DNA from: Gemmatimonadaceae bacterium
Lineage (GTDB): Bacteria; Gemmatimonadota; Gemmatimonadetes; Gemmatimonadales; Gemmatimonadaceae
Assembly: GCA_035646395.1 (NCBI GenBank)
Contig: DASRPK010000118.1
Location: 5,920 to 69,919, forward strand
DNA length: 64,000 nucleotides
Reading direction: 5' to 3'
Of this stretch, positions 45,751 to 55,361 are shown one piece after another. The notes under the pieces were generated by a model that was not told the origin of the DNA, did not search any database, and worked only from the letters and a program-made list of their open reading frames with translations. How positions within the stretch are numbered: the first letter of the stretch is position 1; every line of letters begins with the position of its first letter. Made by a program: the position numbers and the translations under genes.

Positions 45751-46506
45751 ATGCGATCCGATCACCGTCAACCGGCAGGACCTGCGCTCTTCCTCCTCGG
45801 CGGAGTGGCGCTCGAAGGCGTCCCCCCCGAAGGCGCAGACCAACTCGTCAGGCAGTCCAAGGTCGTCGGGCTGCTGGCGTGTCTGGCACTCGCGCCCGCC
45901 GGGGCGTTTACGCGCCGCGATCGCCTCGTCGGCCTGCTCTGGCCGGAGCTCGACCAGGTGCATGCGCGAGCCTCACTGCGAAAGGCCATTCACTACGCCA
46001 GGTCGGTGCTGGGCGACGAGGCCCTCGTGAGCCGTGGCGACGAAGAGCTGGCGCTGAGCGAATCGATCTGGTGCGACGCCATCGAATTGCGTGCGTCGAT
46101 CGATCGGGACCGGCTGGCGCGGGCGGTGGAGCTGTATCGCGGCGACCTGATGCCGGGATTCTACCTCCCCGAATGCCACGACTTCGACGCCTGGCTCGAG
46201 GAGCAGCGGACGGCGCTCCGTGAGACGGCGGTCGCGGCCTGCTGGGCGCTGGCCCAGCACCTCGAGGCGGGCCAGAACGGCACCGAGGCGTCGAGGTACG
46301 CCCGCCGCCTAACGCGCCTCGATCGCACCAACGAACGGCTCCTGCGCCGTTCGATGCAGATGCTCGACCGGCTCGGCGACCGCGCGGGGGCCCTGGCGGT
46401 GTACGAGGATTTCGCGAAGCGCCTCAGGAAGGAGCTGGATACCGATCCTTCCCCGGACACGACGCGATTGGCGCAGTCGATTCGCACCGGCCAGCCGCTG
46501 CCCTGA
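45751..46506 (+). CDS. SARP/AfsR-DnrI-type regulator (winged-helix + BTAD domain)
   Basis: RSKVVGLLACLALA...RRDRLVGLLWPE...ASLRKAIHYARSVLG, then LYRGDLMPGFYLPECHDFDAWLEEQR...ALAVYEDFAKRLRKELDTDPSPDT (BTAD). Confidence 0.7.
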   Translation: MRSDHRQPAGPALFLLGGVALEGVPPEGADQLVRQSKVVGLLACLALAPAGAFTRRDRLVGLLWPELDQVHARASLRKAIHYARSVLGDEALVSRGDEELALSESIWCDAIELRASIDRDRLARAVELYRGDLMPGFYLPECHDFDAWLEEQRTALRETAVAACWALAQHLEAGQNGTEASRYARRLTRLDRTNERLLRRSMQMLDRLGDRAGALAVYEDFAKRLRKELDTDPSPDTTRLAQSIRTGQPLP

Positions 46507-46513
46507 GGGCAGG

Positions 46514-47443
46514 TCAGCCGAGGAAGGACTCCAGCGCCCTGGCGCGAGACACGTGACGGAGGCGGGAGAGCGCCTTCTCCTTGATCTGCCGCACCCGCTC
46601 GCGCGTGATGCCCAGCAGCGCGCCGATCTCCTCGAGCGTCATCGCCTCGCTGCCGTCCAGCCCGAAGTAGAGCCGGAGGATCTTCGCCTCGCGTTCCTTC
46701 AGGCTGCCTAACGCCGCCTCGATCGATTCCGTCAACGCCTTCTCGAACGTCTGCTCGTCCGGCGTCGGGTTCAGGTTGTCGGGCAGGTAATCGAGGAGCT
46801 TGTTGTCCTCACCCGGCGAGAGCGGCGCGTCCAGCGAGAGGTGCGCCTGCGAGATGGACATCGTCTTGGCGACTTCCTCTTCCGTGATGTCCATGCCGTC
46901 GGCGATTTCGGCGTGCGTTGCTTCGCGCCCGAGCTCCTGCAGCAGCACGTTGGCCCGCTTGCCGATCCGGTGCAGCGTACCGGCACGGTTGAGCGGCACG
47001 CGCACGATGCGCGACTGCTCGGCCAGCGCCTGGAGGATCGCCTGGCGGATCCACCACACCGCATACGAGATGAACTTGATCCCTTTCGTCTCGTCGAATT
47101 TGTGGGCGGCGCGGATGAGGCCAAGGTTCCCTTCGTTGATCAGGTCGGAGAGGGAAACGCCCTGGTTCTGGTACTTCTTCGCGACCGAAACGACGAAACG
47201 GAGGTTGCTCCGTACGAGCTTATCCAGCGCTTCCTGGCTGCCGTCGCGGATCAGTCGCGCCAGGTCGACTTCGTCTTCACGCGTGATCAGGGGATAGGCA
47301 CTGATGTCACGGAGGTACTGGTCCAGTGAGCCTTCGTCGTAGGCACCCTTCTTTCCCGGGACACGTCCCACGCGGGGAGCGCGTTCACGCCGGAATCTGG
47401 GATAGACGCCCGACGGGGAATCTTCGTCGTGCTCAGTGGACAC
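46514..47443 (-). CDS. RpoD/SigA-family RNA polymerase sigma-70 factor (short form, no region 1.1)
   Basis: YLRDISAYPLITREDEVDLA...NLRFVVSVAKKYQNQGVSLSDLINEGNLGLIRAAHKFD...ISYAVWWIRQAI...TLEEIGALLGITRERVRQIKEKAL. Confidence 0.9.
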   Translation of the reverse strand: MSTEHDEDSPSGVYPRFRRERAPRVGRVPGKKGAYDEGSLDQYLRDISAYPLITREDEVDLARLIRDGSQEALDKLVRSNLRFVVSVAKKYQNQGVSLSDLINEGNLGLIRAAHKFDETKGIKFISYAVWWIRQAILQALAEQSRIVRVPLNRAGTLHRIGKRANVLLQELGREATHAEIADGMDITEEEVAKTMSISQAHLSLDAPLSPGEDNKLLDYLPDNLNPTPDEQTFEKALTESIEAALGSLKEREAKILRLYFGLDGSEAMTLEEIGALLGITRERVRQIKEKALSRLRHVSRARALESFLG

Positions 47444-48209
47444 GGCTGCCTAACCGCTGCCAGCGAACCCGGGACAGCCACGCCGATTGCGTGCCGGAAT
47501 CAGGCTCGAAACTGTAGTACACCACGAGCGGTTGCCCGCGAATCAGCGAATCGGGGACGAAGCCCCAGTACCGGCTATCGAGCGAATTGTCGCGATTGTC
47601 ACCCAGCATGAAGTATTGCTTGTCCGGCACGACGATCGGCCCCCAGTTGTTCCGCGACGGGTGATAGCCGACAAACGCCTGCGCCGTCTTGACCAGGTAG
47701 TTCCGCTGCCAGCGGAACTCTTCGCCCGAGGGGTCCATTCCGGGATCAGTGTGCACGACGTAATGCTCACGTACCTCGCGCCCGTTGCGGATCAGCTTCC
47801 CCTGCTCCATCGCCAGTGTGTCGCCGGGCATGCCAACGAGCCGCTTGACGAAGTTCTTCGTGGGATCCTGAGGCCACTGAAATACGACCACGTCGCCGAG
47901 CCGCGGCTCACGCAGCGCCGGGAGTCGCTTGCCTGTGAACGGCACTTCCGCGCCGTACACGAGCTTGTTCACCAGGAGGAAGTCACCGACCAGCAGCGTA
48001 CGCTCCATGCTGCCGCTCGGGATCTTGAACGCCTCGACGATGAACGCGCGGACGAACAGGAAGACGAGGATCGCGACCTGAAACGACTTTGCCCACTCCC
48101 ACATAACGCGAATCACGCGGCCACGTGACTTGTTCACGCGACGAAGCGCCTGCGCGCGCTCTTCGACGGAAATGGTTGCCGAGGGAGTTGTCTGGGTAGG
48201 ATCGCTCAT
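47433..48209 (-). CDS. lepB: signal peptidase I
   Basis: IPSGSMERTLLVGDFLLVNK and GDNRDNSLDSRYWGFVP boxes. Confidence 0.9.
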   Translation of the reverse strand: MSDPTQTTPSATISVEERAQALRRVNKSRGRVIRVMWEWAKSFQVAILVFLFVRAFIVEAFKIPSGSMERTLLVGDFLLVNKLVYGAEVPFTGKRLPALREPRLGDVVVFQWPQDPTKNFVKRLVGMPGDTLAMEQGKLIRNGREVREHYVVHTDPGMDPSGEEFRWQRNYLVKTAQAFVGYHPSRNNWGPIVVPDKQYFMLGDNRDNSLDSRYWGFVPDSLIRGQPLVVYYSFEPDSGTQSAWLSRVRWQRLGSRVH

Positions 48210-48366
48210 GCTTCAATCACGATCGCAGTGCTGTCGATGACGCGCACTCTCGTTTGAAAGTCGCGTAAGTATTGGGAACGACTCACCTTCGACAGCTGCA
48301 TCTGCGGGCAATTAAGCCGGTACCAAAGACGGCCGCAAGTGAGCGCCAGGGAGGGCACGATTTGCC

Positions 48367-49860
48367 TCAATCCGCAGTGTATGTGTCGAGTTGCGCACGT
48401 TGTAGTACTCCGGAGTAATCCACGTATCCCACCTTGGTCTCTGAATAGAACTCGTACACCTCCCAACCACCTTCACGATGGCCATTCCCCGTCTGCTTGA
48501 CCCCACCGAACGGCAGGTGCGCTTCAGCGCCAATCGTCGGTGCGTTGACGTAGGTGATGCCGTTGTCGAGCTCCTGTAAGGCACGGAAGGCTACCTGCAC
48601 GTTTTTCGTGTATATGGACGACGACAAGCCGTAACGAACGTCATTGTTTACCCTGAAGGCCTCGTCCACCGATCCCACGCGAATCACAGAGAGAACGGGA
48701 CCAAAGATCTCCTCCTGCTCGAGCCGACTCCCTGGTTGTACGCCGGTGAAAATGGTTGGGTCGTAGAAGTGACCCTTGTCGAGCCCCTTCCCAGCCGGCC
48801 GTTGACCACCACACGTCAGCGTCGCACCCTCGGAGTGACCGAGTTCCACGTAGTACTCGACCTTTGCCAGCGCATCACCGTGGATGAGGGGACCGACGTC
48901 CGTGTTCGCCTGCCGTCCGTCGCCCAACCGCAACGACTGTGCCCGCGACTGCAGGCTGTTCACGAATTCGTCGTGGATGCCGTCCTGAAGGATCAGCCGG
49001 CTCGTCGCCGTGCAGCGTTGTCCTGTCGTGCCAAATGCGCCCCACAACACGCCGTCGAGTGCCAGGTCCAGGTCCGCGTCGTCGAGCACGATCTGCGCGT
49101 TCTTCCCTCCCATTTCGAGCGACAGCCGCTTGTGCATCCGGCCACAGGTTTCTCCTACACGTCGTCCCGTTTCGGTTGAGCCGGTGAACGAAACGATGGG
49201 CACGTCAGGGTGATCAACGATTGCCGCGCCCGCGACCTCGCCCCGGCCGTGGACGAGTTGGATGACTTCGGGGGGGAGTCCAGCCTCGAGCAGGATTTCG
49301 ACAAATACGGTCCCCGTATGCGGCACGTCTTCAGCCGGCTTGAACACGCACGCGTTTCCGCACACCAGCGCCGGGAACATTTTCCAGGTCGGTATCGCCA
49401 GCGGAAAATTGAACGGCGTGATGATCCCCGCGACGCCGATCGGCCGCCGGAAACTCATCGCCCACTTGCTGCGCAGCTCACTGGGCACCGTGTGCCCAAA
49501 AAGCCGGCGCCCTTCGGTAGCCGCGTAATACGCGGTATCGATTCCTTCCTGCACATCGCCGCGCGTCTCAGCCAATGGCTTACCCATTTCGCGCGTCATC
49601 AGGGCTGCAATCTCTTCCTTCCGCGCGGCGAGCAGGTCGCCGGCCCGGCGCAGGATGTCACCGCGCAGTGGCGCGGGAGTCGCTCGCCAGACCTCGAATC
49701 CTTTCCGCGCGGACGCCACCGCACGCGCAACATCCTCGGAGTTCGAGAGTGGAAAGGTCCCGATGACGTCCGACGTGTCCGCGGGATTGACGTTATCGAA
49801 GGTTTCGCCTGACGAGGCGGGGACCCACGCGCCGGCGATGAAGTTCCTGAACTCGGGCAT
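48367..49860 (-). CDS. NAD(P)-dependent aldehyde dehydrogenase family protein
   Basis: From ATG 49860: MPEFRNFIAGAWV...FTGSTETGRRV...LEMGGKNAQIV...GQRCTA...EEIFGPV. Confidence 0.85.
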   Translation of the reverse strand: MPEFRNFIAGAWVPASSGETFDNVNPADTSDVIGTFPLSNSEDVARAVASARKGFEVWRATPAPLRGDILRRAGDLLAARKEEIAALMTREMGKPLAETRGDVQEGIDTAYYAATEGRRLFGHTVPSELRSKWAMSFRRPIGVAGIITPFNFPLAIPTWKMFPALVCGNACVFKPAEDVPHTGTVFVEILLEAGLPPEVIQLVHGRGEVAGAAIVDHPDVPIVSFTGSTETGRRVGETCGRMHKRLSLEMGGKNAQIVLDDADLDLALDGVLWGAFGTTGQRCTATSRLILQDGIHDEFVNSLQSRAQSLRLGDGRQANTDVGPLIHGDALAKVEYYVELGHSEGATLTCGGQRPAGKGLDKGHFYDPTIFTGVQPGSRLEQEEIFGPVLSVIRVGSVDEAFRVNNDVRYGLSSSIYTKNVQVAFRALQELDNGITYVNAPTIGAEAHLPFGGVKQTGNGHREGGWEVYEFYSETKVGYVDYSGVLQRAQLDTYTAD

Positions 49861-49958
49861 GAAGGAAGTTGCTGAGTTGCTGAATTGCCAAGGACAGCTG
49901 AAAGGTAGCGTGTTCGTTGACGCCTTCACGCCCTTATCAACCTGGCAACTCTTTCAAC

Positions 49959-50402
49959 TCATCCACACATCCATGCCGCGGGGTGCGCTTCCGTAGGAAT
50001 CGCATATCCGATGCGTGGCAGGATTTCGGTCGCTGCCAGCGTGCCGCCCCAGAGCGTAAGGAGCAGCGACAAGATGTGTGCCTTCGCCGAGCGATGTTTC
50101 CATGTCCACACAGCGCTCCACACACCAGCTGCCATCAGGACGCCGACCGCGGCAAGATATCCAAACAGCCCTGCGCCACAACGCGCCGAGTAGGGCCAGA
50201 ACACCATACCCACACCGAGCGCGGTCGCCAGTAACAACCGCATCATGACGCCAAACGTCGTGGTTTCCCGCTGGATCGTCTGCGCGGCGACCTTTTCCGT
50301 CGGACTGGCGTTCGGCTTCGCCGGAAGCAACGCCTCGTCCGACATCGACTCGAGCTGTTTGTCGATCTTGGCGAGTTCTTTATCCCAGTTAGATGGAGGC
50401 AT
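49959..50402 (-). CDS. hypothetical membrane protein
   Basis: 147-aa ORF with about three predicted TM helices after a charged N-terminus. The start codon is directly preceded by the GGATGGC repeat tract. No family recognised. Confidence 0.4.
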   Translation of the reverse strand: MPPSNWDKELAKIDKQLESMSDEALLPAKPNASPTEKVAAQTIQRETTTFGVMMRLLLATALGVGMVFWPYSARCGAGLFGYLAAVGVLMAAGVWSAVWTWKHRSAKAHILSLLLTLWGGTLAATEILPRIGYAIPTEAHPAAWMCG

Positions 50403-50431
50403 GGGATGGCGGATGGCGGATGACGGATGGG
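50403..50431. repeat. GGATGGC heptamer tract between the NtrC-like stop and the next start codon
   Basis: gggatggcggatggcggatgacggatggg. Confidence 0.75.
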
Positions 50432-50440
50432 CGAAACATC

Positions 50441-51805
50441 TCAGCTTTCCCTCGCCAGACCATAACGTTCGATCTTCTTGTAGAGATTCGAGCGGGGCAT
50501 GTCGAGCACCCTCGCTGTTTCACTCACGTTCCAGTCCATCTCACGCAGCTTGTGCAACAGGAACGCCCGCTCGGCTGCGTTCTTGAATTCCTCGTACGTT
50601 TTGATTTCCAGCAGCGAGCCGAGACCCGACGCATCCGGCGGCCTCGTGCCCGTAAGCCGCGAGACATCAGCCGCGGTAATGCGCGGACCCGACGACAGGA
50701 TGAGCACACGCTCGATCGCGTTGCGCAACTCCCGAACGTTTCCAGGCCAATCGTAACGCTGAAGAGTTTCGAGCGCGGAGCTATCGAGCATCCGGGGCGC
50801 AATCCCGTCCCGCTGCGTCAACACATTGACGAAATGCTGCGCCAGAAGGGGGATGTCCTCGCGGCGGTCGCGCAGCGGCGGCACGTGTAACGGCACGACG
50901 TTGAGCCGGTAGTACAGGTCCTCACGAAAGCGACCACCGGCAAGCTCCTCCTCGAGCATCTTGTTGGTCGCGGCCAGCACACGCACGTCCACACGATACG
51001 ACTTGGTGCCGCCGATGCGGGTGACTTCACCGTCCTGCAGCACGCGCAACACCTTCGCCTGCGCGGCCAGGCTCATGTCGCCGATTTCATCGAGAAAGAG
51101 TGTTCCCTTGTCGGCCTGCTCGAACTTTCCGGCGCGATCGCTCACGGCGCCGGTGAACGACCCCTTCATGTGGCCGAACAATTCGCTCTCGATCAGTTCC
51201 GACGGAATCGCCGCGCAGTTCACCTCGACAAACGGCTTGTTCGCCCTCGGCGAGAGACGATGAATCGCGCGGGCCACGAGCTCCTTGCCCGTACCGTTCT
51301 CGCCCGTGATGAGCACCCGGGCCGGCGTGACCGAGACCTTCTCGATCTGGTTCGTGAGTGCGCGAATCGCATACGACTTCCCCACGATCTCGAACCGCGA
51401 CTCGATCGTCTCGCGCAGGCGAGCATTCTCTTCCTGCAGCGATTGCGTCTGCAACGCATTCCTGAGCAGGACGAGAATGCGGTCGGTGTCGAGCGGCTTC
51501 TCGAGAATGTCGTACGCGCCCAGCTGGGTGGCCTCGACCGCGGTCTGAATCGTCGCATGACCACTGATCATGACCACGGTCGCGGTCGAGTCGATCTGGC
51601 GGATGCGCTTCAGTCCTTCCAGCCCGTCCATTCCGGCCATCTTCACATCCAGAAAGACGAGATGTGGGCGCCACTTCTCGAACGTCGCGATGCCGGCAGG
51701 AGCACTCGACTCCGAGCGCACCTCGTATCCTTCGTACTCGAGCAGCTGGCCGAGCGCGGCGCGAATGCCCTGCTCGTCGTCGACCACCAGGATGCGGTGG
51801 CTCAC
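50441..51805 (-). CDS. sigma-54-dependent response regulator (NtrC family)
   Basis: ILVVDDE...DVKMAGMDG receiver, [15 protein letters not shown] Walker [16 protein letters not shown] (GAFTGA variant), TLFLDEIG, C-terminal Fis-type HTH. GTGA overlap with the upstream gene. Confidence 0.9.
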   Translation of the reverse strand: MSHRILVVDDEQGIRAALGQLLEYEGYEVRSESSAPAGIATFEKWRPHLVFLDVKMAGMDGLEGLKRIRQIDSTATVVMISGHATIQTAVEATQLGAYDILEKPLDTDRILVLLRNALQTQSLQEENARLRETIESRFEIVGKSYAIRALTNQIEKVSVTPARVLITGENGTGKELVARAIHRLSPRANKPFVEVNCAAIPSELIESELFGHMKGSFTGAVSDRAGKFEQADKGTLFLDEIGDMSLAAQAKVLRVLQDGEVTRIGGTKSYRVDVRVLAATNKMLEEELAGGRFREDLYYRLNVVPLHVPPLRDRREDIPLLAQHFVNVLTQRDGIAPRMLDSSALETLQRYDWPGNVRELRNAIERVLILSSGPRITAADVSRLTGTRPPDASGLGSLLEIKTYEEFKNAAERAFLLHKLREMDWNVSETARVLDMPRSNLYKKIERYGLARES

Positions 51806-52452
51806 CGGCCGCGGCGGTAGAGGGTGATTTCGCCCCGGGACACGCGGACGTCGCCGATATACTCGGGAATGGAGATCGCGATCCCGTTAGGCGCGACCCC
51901 TTCCGGCCTGACACTGGCGTCCAGGCGCGCCAGCAATCGCGGAATCGCCGCGCGCGGGAGCGAAAGGTCGGCAATCTTCACCGACGCCACCCGGAATTCG
52001 CCGAGTCCGGGGCGCAGGACCCCCATCGTGCCGGTGAACTCGATGCGCTCGCGTTTGTCGAGGATGCTCGCCAGCGGACCTAACGCGTCGAGCCCGCGCA
52101 GGTCCTCGAGTTCCACGAGCGCACGAACGCGCACGGTTTCACTGTCGACCGCCGCCTCCACCGAATCGAGATTCGCCGGCAGCCTGTGCCCGGAACTCGC
52201 CACCATGAGCTCCGCCAGTTCGGCGGCGGATACCGTGACATAGGCCGGCCCATTGGGCCGACCGAGAGACGCAATGTCGTCACCGGTCTTCTGCGTGCCG
52301 GCACCGGGTTCCTTGACCGTTTCCCAGGTCACCGGCGCGGGCTCTCCACGACCGAGCACACGCGGCATCCACCGGTCGCGCATGAGGAACGCGACCGCGC
52401 CCGCCAGCACGAGCAGGAGAAGACACCCGAGTCGACCAAGACAGGAGAACAC
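51802..52452 (-). CDS. hypothetical membrane-anchored protein
   Basis: N-terminal anchor LGCLLLLVLAGAVAFL. Coupled to the NtrC-like gene. No family recognised. Confidence 0.45.
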   Translation of the reverse strand: MFSCLGRLGCLLLLVLAGAVAFLMRDRWMPRVLGRGEPAPVTWETVKEPGAGTQKTGDDIASLGRPNGPAYVTVSAAELAELMVASSGHRLPANLDSVEAAVDSETVRVRALVELEDLRGLDALGPLASILDKRERIEFTGTMGVLRPGLGEFRVASVKIADLSLPRAAIPRLLARLDASVRPEGVAPNGIAISIPEYIGDVRVSRGEITLYRRGR

Positions 52453-52496
52453 GACGTTCCTTACGGTTCGGAAGTGGGGAACGATTCGGCGGGAAT

Positions 52497-53057
52497 CTAA
52501 GAGCCGCCGAGCGGAAACGATGCGAGCACTGAATACTCCGAGCCTGCCGGGCGTAGCACGCTCCGCATGAGCAATACCCGCGAGACGTCAAACGGGTACG
52601 TGTCATGTTTGTGAAGTGCCAGCGCCTTGCTCAGGCTCACCTTCTGCTCCGCGGACAACGGGCCGGTTGTACGCCCGATCGTCAGGTGGGCGCGAAACGG
52701 ACGCTGAGGAAAACCCAGCGTGGCGCACGTTTCTCCGATGTCCCCGCCCAATCGGATGAGCGCTCCTTCATCACGAAGGCCGAGCCACACGACACGGATC
52801 CTGCGCCAGTCGGGGAACACGCCGACTCCGGTGATCACCGCGGGAAAGGGGGAATGCCGAAGGGCGACAGCTTCGGTGGCGACAGAAATTTCCGCTACGC
52901 GCGACTCGTCCACTTCCCCGAGGAATGCCATCGTGAAGTGGAAATGACTCTCGCCCACCCAGCGAATCCCGCTGGTGGTCGCGCGAACACTGTCCACGGT
53001 GCCGGCGACGCGGCGCCGGCACGGATCGCCTGGATCAATTGCCAGGAAGAGCCGCAC
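52497..53057 (-). CDS. thpR: RNA 2',3'-cyclic phosphodiesterase (2H family, ThpR/LigT)
   Basis: The start is set at GTG 53057 (VRLFLAIDPG). Two HxT motifs are present (HFTMAFLGE and AHLTIGR). Confidence 0.8.
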   Translation of the reverse strand: MRLFLAIDPGDPCRRRVAGTVDSVRATTSGIRWVGESHFHFTMAFLGEVDESRVAEISVATEAVALRHSPFPAVITGVGVFPDWRRIRVVWLGLRDEGALIRLGGDIGETCATLGFPQRPFRAHLTIGRTTGPLSAEQKVSLSKALALHKHDTYPFDVSRVLLMRSVLRPAGSEYSVLASFPLGGS

Positions 53058-53235
53058 CGTCCGGATCCAGTTCCAGCGCGAGGTGCGTGAAGCCCTCTTC
53101 CTTTGCAAGGCGCAGCACGTCGGCACGCACCGCCGCTGTCAGGTAACCCGGGGCCGCGACTATTATTGCCAGGCGATCCCGCACTTCAATGCGGCACGTG
53201 ATGCCCTCCTGCGCAAGGCGAGACGTTAGGTTCAC
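53035..53235 (-). CDS. small hypothetical protein (66 aa)
   Basis: GTG 53235 overlaps the larE-like stop (GTGA). The product is VNLTSRLAQEGITCRIEVRDRLAIIVAAPGYLTAAVRADVLRLAKEEGFTHLALELD... It is supported only by coupling geometry and plausible composition. Confidence 0.35.
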   Translation of the reverse strand: MNLTSRLAQEGITCRIEVRDRLAIIVAAPGYLTAAVRADVLRLAKEEGFTHLALELDPDGAALPGN

Positions 53236-54074
53236 GCCGCCGCCACGCCTTCGAGCACGTTCAGGGAACCGGAACGGAAGCCTCGCAAGTCGATCGCCAC
53301 ACGACGGAACCCCGCGGCGCGGACGGCCTGCACCAGCCGCTGCGCATTGTCCGGCAACAACCACTCGTCGATCAGTCGCGATTCGAGCTCGATCCGGGCG
53401 AGGTCATCATGATGCCTGACGCGGAGGTCGCCGGTGACCCCGAGTGCCCGAAGCCCCCGCTCGGCACGATCGATCTGTTGCAGGCGTTCTGGCGTTACTG
53501 GGGTGCCGTAGGGAATCCGCGACGCCAGGCATGGAGCAGACGGTTGCGACCATGTCGCCAGTCCGCGCGCGCGCGAAAGTTCGCGAATCTCTGCCTTGGT
53601 GAGCCCTGCCAGGGCCAGCGGCGACTGGACGCCATGCTCCGCGGCCGCCCGAGAGCCAGGACGATGACCCGTAAGGTCATCGGCATTGGTCCCGTCGACG
53701 ACGGTCGTCATCCCCTGGTCGCGGGCCATGGGACACAACACGGCCCAGAGCACACTCTTGCAGAAATAGCAGCGATTCACGGGATTTGCGGCGTAGCGCG
53801 GATCGTCCACTTCATCCGTAGCGACGATCCGGAGCTCGATATCCCACTGGGCGGCGAACGCGAGCGCCTTGTCCGATTGATCGTTAGGCACGGAAGGGCT
53901 GCGGCCGAACACCGCCAGGACGTTCCGTCGCCCGAGCACCTCACGAGCGACCACGGCCAGGTACGTGGAATCGACGCCACCGGAATACCCGATCAGCACC
54001 GATCGCTGCTCGCGCAGCCACTCGGCGAGACGGCTTTCCTTGAGCCTGGCAGTGTCGATCGAGGGTGACTCCAT
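53232..54074 (-). CDS. PP-loop ATP pyrophosphatase, LarE-like (TIGR00268-type)
   Basis: VLIGYSGGVDSTYLAVVA (SGGxDS PP-loop) plus a conserved CYFCK motif. Confidence 0.75.
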   Translation of the reverse strand: MESPSIDTARLKESRLAEWLREQRSVLIGYSGGVDSTYLAVVAREVLGRRNVLAVFGRSPSVPNDQSDKALAFAAQWDIELRIVATDEVDDPRYAANPVNRCYFCKSVLWAVLCPMARDQGMTTVVDGTNADDLTGHRPGSRAAAEHGVQSPLALAGLTKAEIRELSRARGLATWSQPSAPCLASRIPYGTPVTPERLQQIDRAERGLRALGVTGDLRVRHHDDLARIELESRLIDEWLLPDNAQRLVQAVRAAGFRRVAIDLRGFRSGSLNVLEGVAAA

Positions 54075-54109
54075 GCGCGAAACGTAGCGCAGTCACCACC
54101 GCAACACAG

Positions 54110-54895
54110 TTACTTCGGCTTCTGCGCCGCGCGACTGGCGAGCGCCCAGGCAAACGCCTCCTGCATGAGATCCGGAGGCACCGTGTGACCACCCACGAAA
54201 GTCTTGAGCGTCACCTCATAGCCGGCCCGGCTCAGCATTGGCGCAATGCGCTCGCTCGTGTCCTCGAACGGCAGGATGGGATCGTTATTGCCGTGCGTGA
54301 TGTACACCTCGGGCTTTCCCGCCGCTGTACTGGGAGGGATGAATCCCGGAGAGAACGCCACGATGCGCGTGAACAGGTCGCCATTCATTCTGCCGATTGC
54401 CAATGCGTACGATGCGCCGTCGGAAAACCCCGACACAATCACGCGCGACGGATCGATCGACACGCGCGAAAATACGATTCTCAACGCGCTGTCCAGGAAC
54501 GCGATATCGGGGCCATACATGCCGCGGATGGCGTCCCAGGTTGGACCTCGCGAATCGGGAATGAGCAGGGCGAAGTCGAGACTGTCGGAGGCGCCGAACA
54601 GGCGGCGACGGATTCCCTGCGCTGACCCGCCGGCACCGTGAAGCATCACGACGAGCGGAACCGGTCCCCTCGCGGCCGCGCGCGGAACGAACAGCAGGCC
54701 GTCGCGCTCGCGGCCCAGGCGCAGCTGCACAAAGCCGGAGACTGGTGTGCCAGTGACCGTGCGCGGCCTGGCTTTCAGCCGGCCATCCCGCCACACCAGG
54801 TCCTGCGACTGACCTAACGAGCAGGCAGCAATGGCTGCGACAGATGCCAGCGTGAGCAGGCGTTTGTGGCGTGATGGCGTGAGCGGGAGGGTCAC
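54110..54895 (-). CDS. alpha/beta hydrolase (phospholipase/carboxylesterase-type)
   Basis: Lipobox-like LASVAAIAAC, VVMLHGAGGSA, nucleophile elbow GFSDGAS, C-terminal GGHT. Confidence 0.7.
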   Translation of the reverse strand: MTLPLTPSRHKRLLTLASVAAIAACSLGQSQDLVWRDGRLKARPRTVTGTPVSGFVQLRLGRERDGLLFVPRAAARGPVPLVVMLHGAGGSAQGIRRRLFGASDSLDFALLIPDSRGPTWDAIRGMYGPDIAFLDSALRIVFSRVSIDPSRVIVSGFSDGASYALAIGRMNGDLFTRIVAFSPGFIPPSTAAGKPEVYITHGNNDPILPFEDTSERIAPMLSRAGYEVTLKTFVGGHTVPPDLMQEAFAWALASRAAQKPK

Positions 54896-54945
54896 GCATG
54901 GAAAATGTCACGGCCTGTCGCGCTTTGCAGGGCGTGGGCTGACCC

Positions 54946-55022
54946 GGGGCATGGGGTACAGGGCATGGGGTCTGGGATTGCAGCCCCATGCCCTATGCCC
55001 CATGCCCCATTGCCCCATGGGG
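54946..55022. repeat. GGGGCAT-armed hairpin in the esterase / NMO divergent region
   Basis: ggggcatggggtacagggcatggggtctggg attgca gccccatgccctatgccccatgccccattgccccatgggg. Confidence 0.8.
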
Positions 55023-55361
55023 CTGGTGTTGCTAAGTCGGTCCTGGATCGCGATTCTTTGCGGAGTGACAGCGTTGTTCGTCCTTCTTCTGGGCCGCTGC
55101 GAGCGGCCCGGACCCCATCAAAGTCTCGGGGTGGACTGCCAGTCAGTCCTCCTCATGAACAGCGTGGCGCGTGGGCTGGGAGGGGGTGTTTTTCCAGATC
55201 AGTCGTCGACAAGAAGTACTCCGGCCCGGGCCGCTGGCGGGCGCTTCCTGAGAGATCCTTAAGTCGCAAATGGGTGTGGGAAACTCGATCAGGCCGGTAG
55301 ATTACATGGCTTGATCTCCGACGAGTGCGTCGTCAAGCTGGTCCACCGAGCTAATACGCGA

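Noticed and set aside
54831-55300. ORF-track proteins 54831-55262 and 54905-55300 in the esterase / NMO spacer.
   Set aside because: They read through the GGGGCAT/ATGCCCC hairpin, giving repeated MPHAP and GMG peptides. They have no start context or homology, so I treat the region as non-coding.
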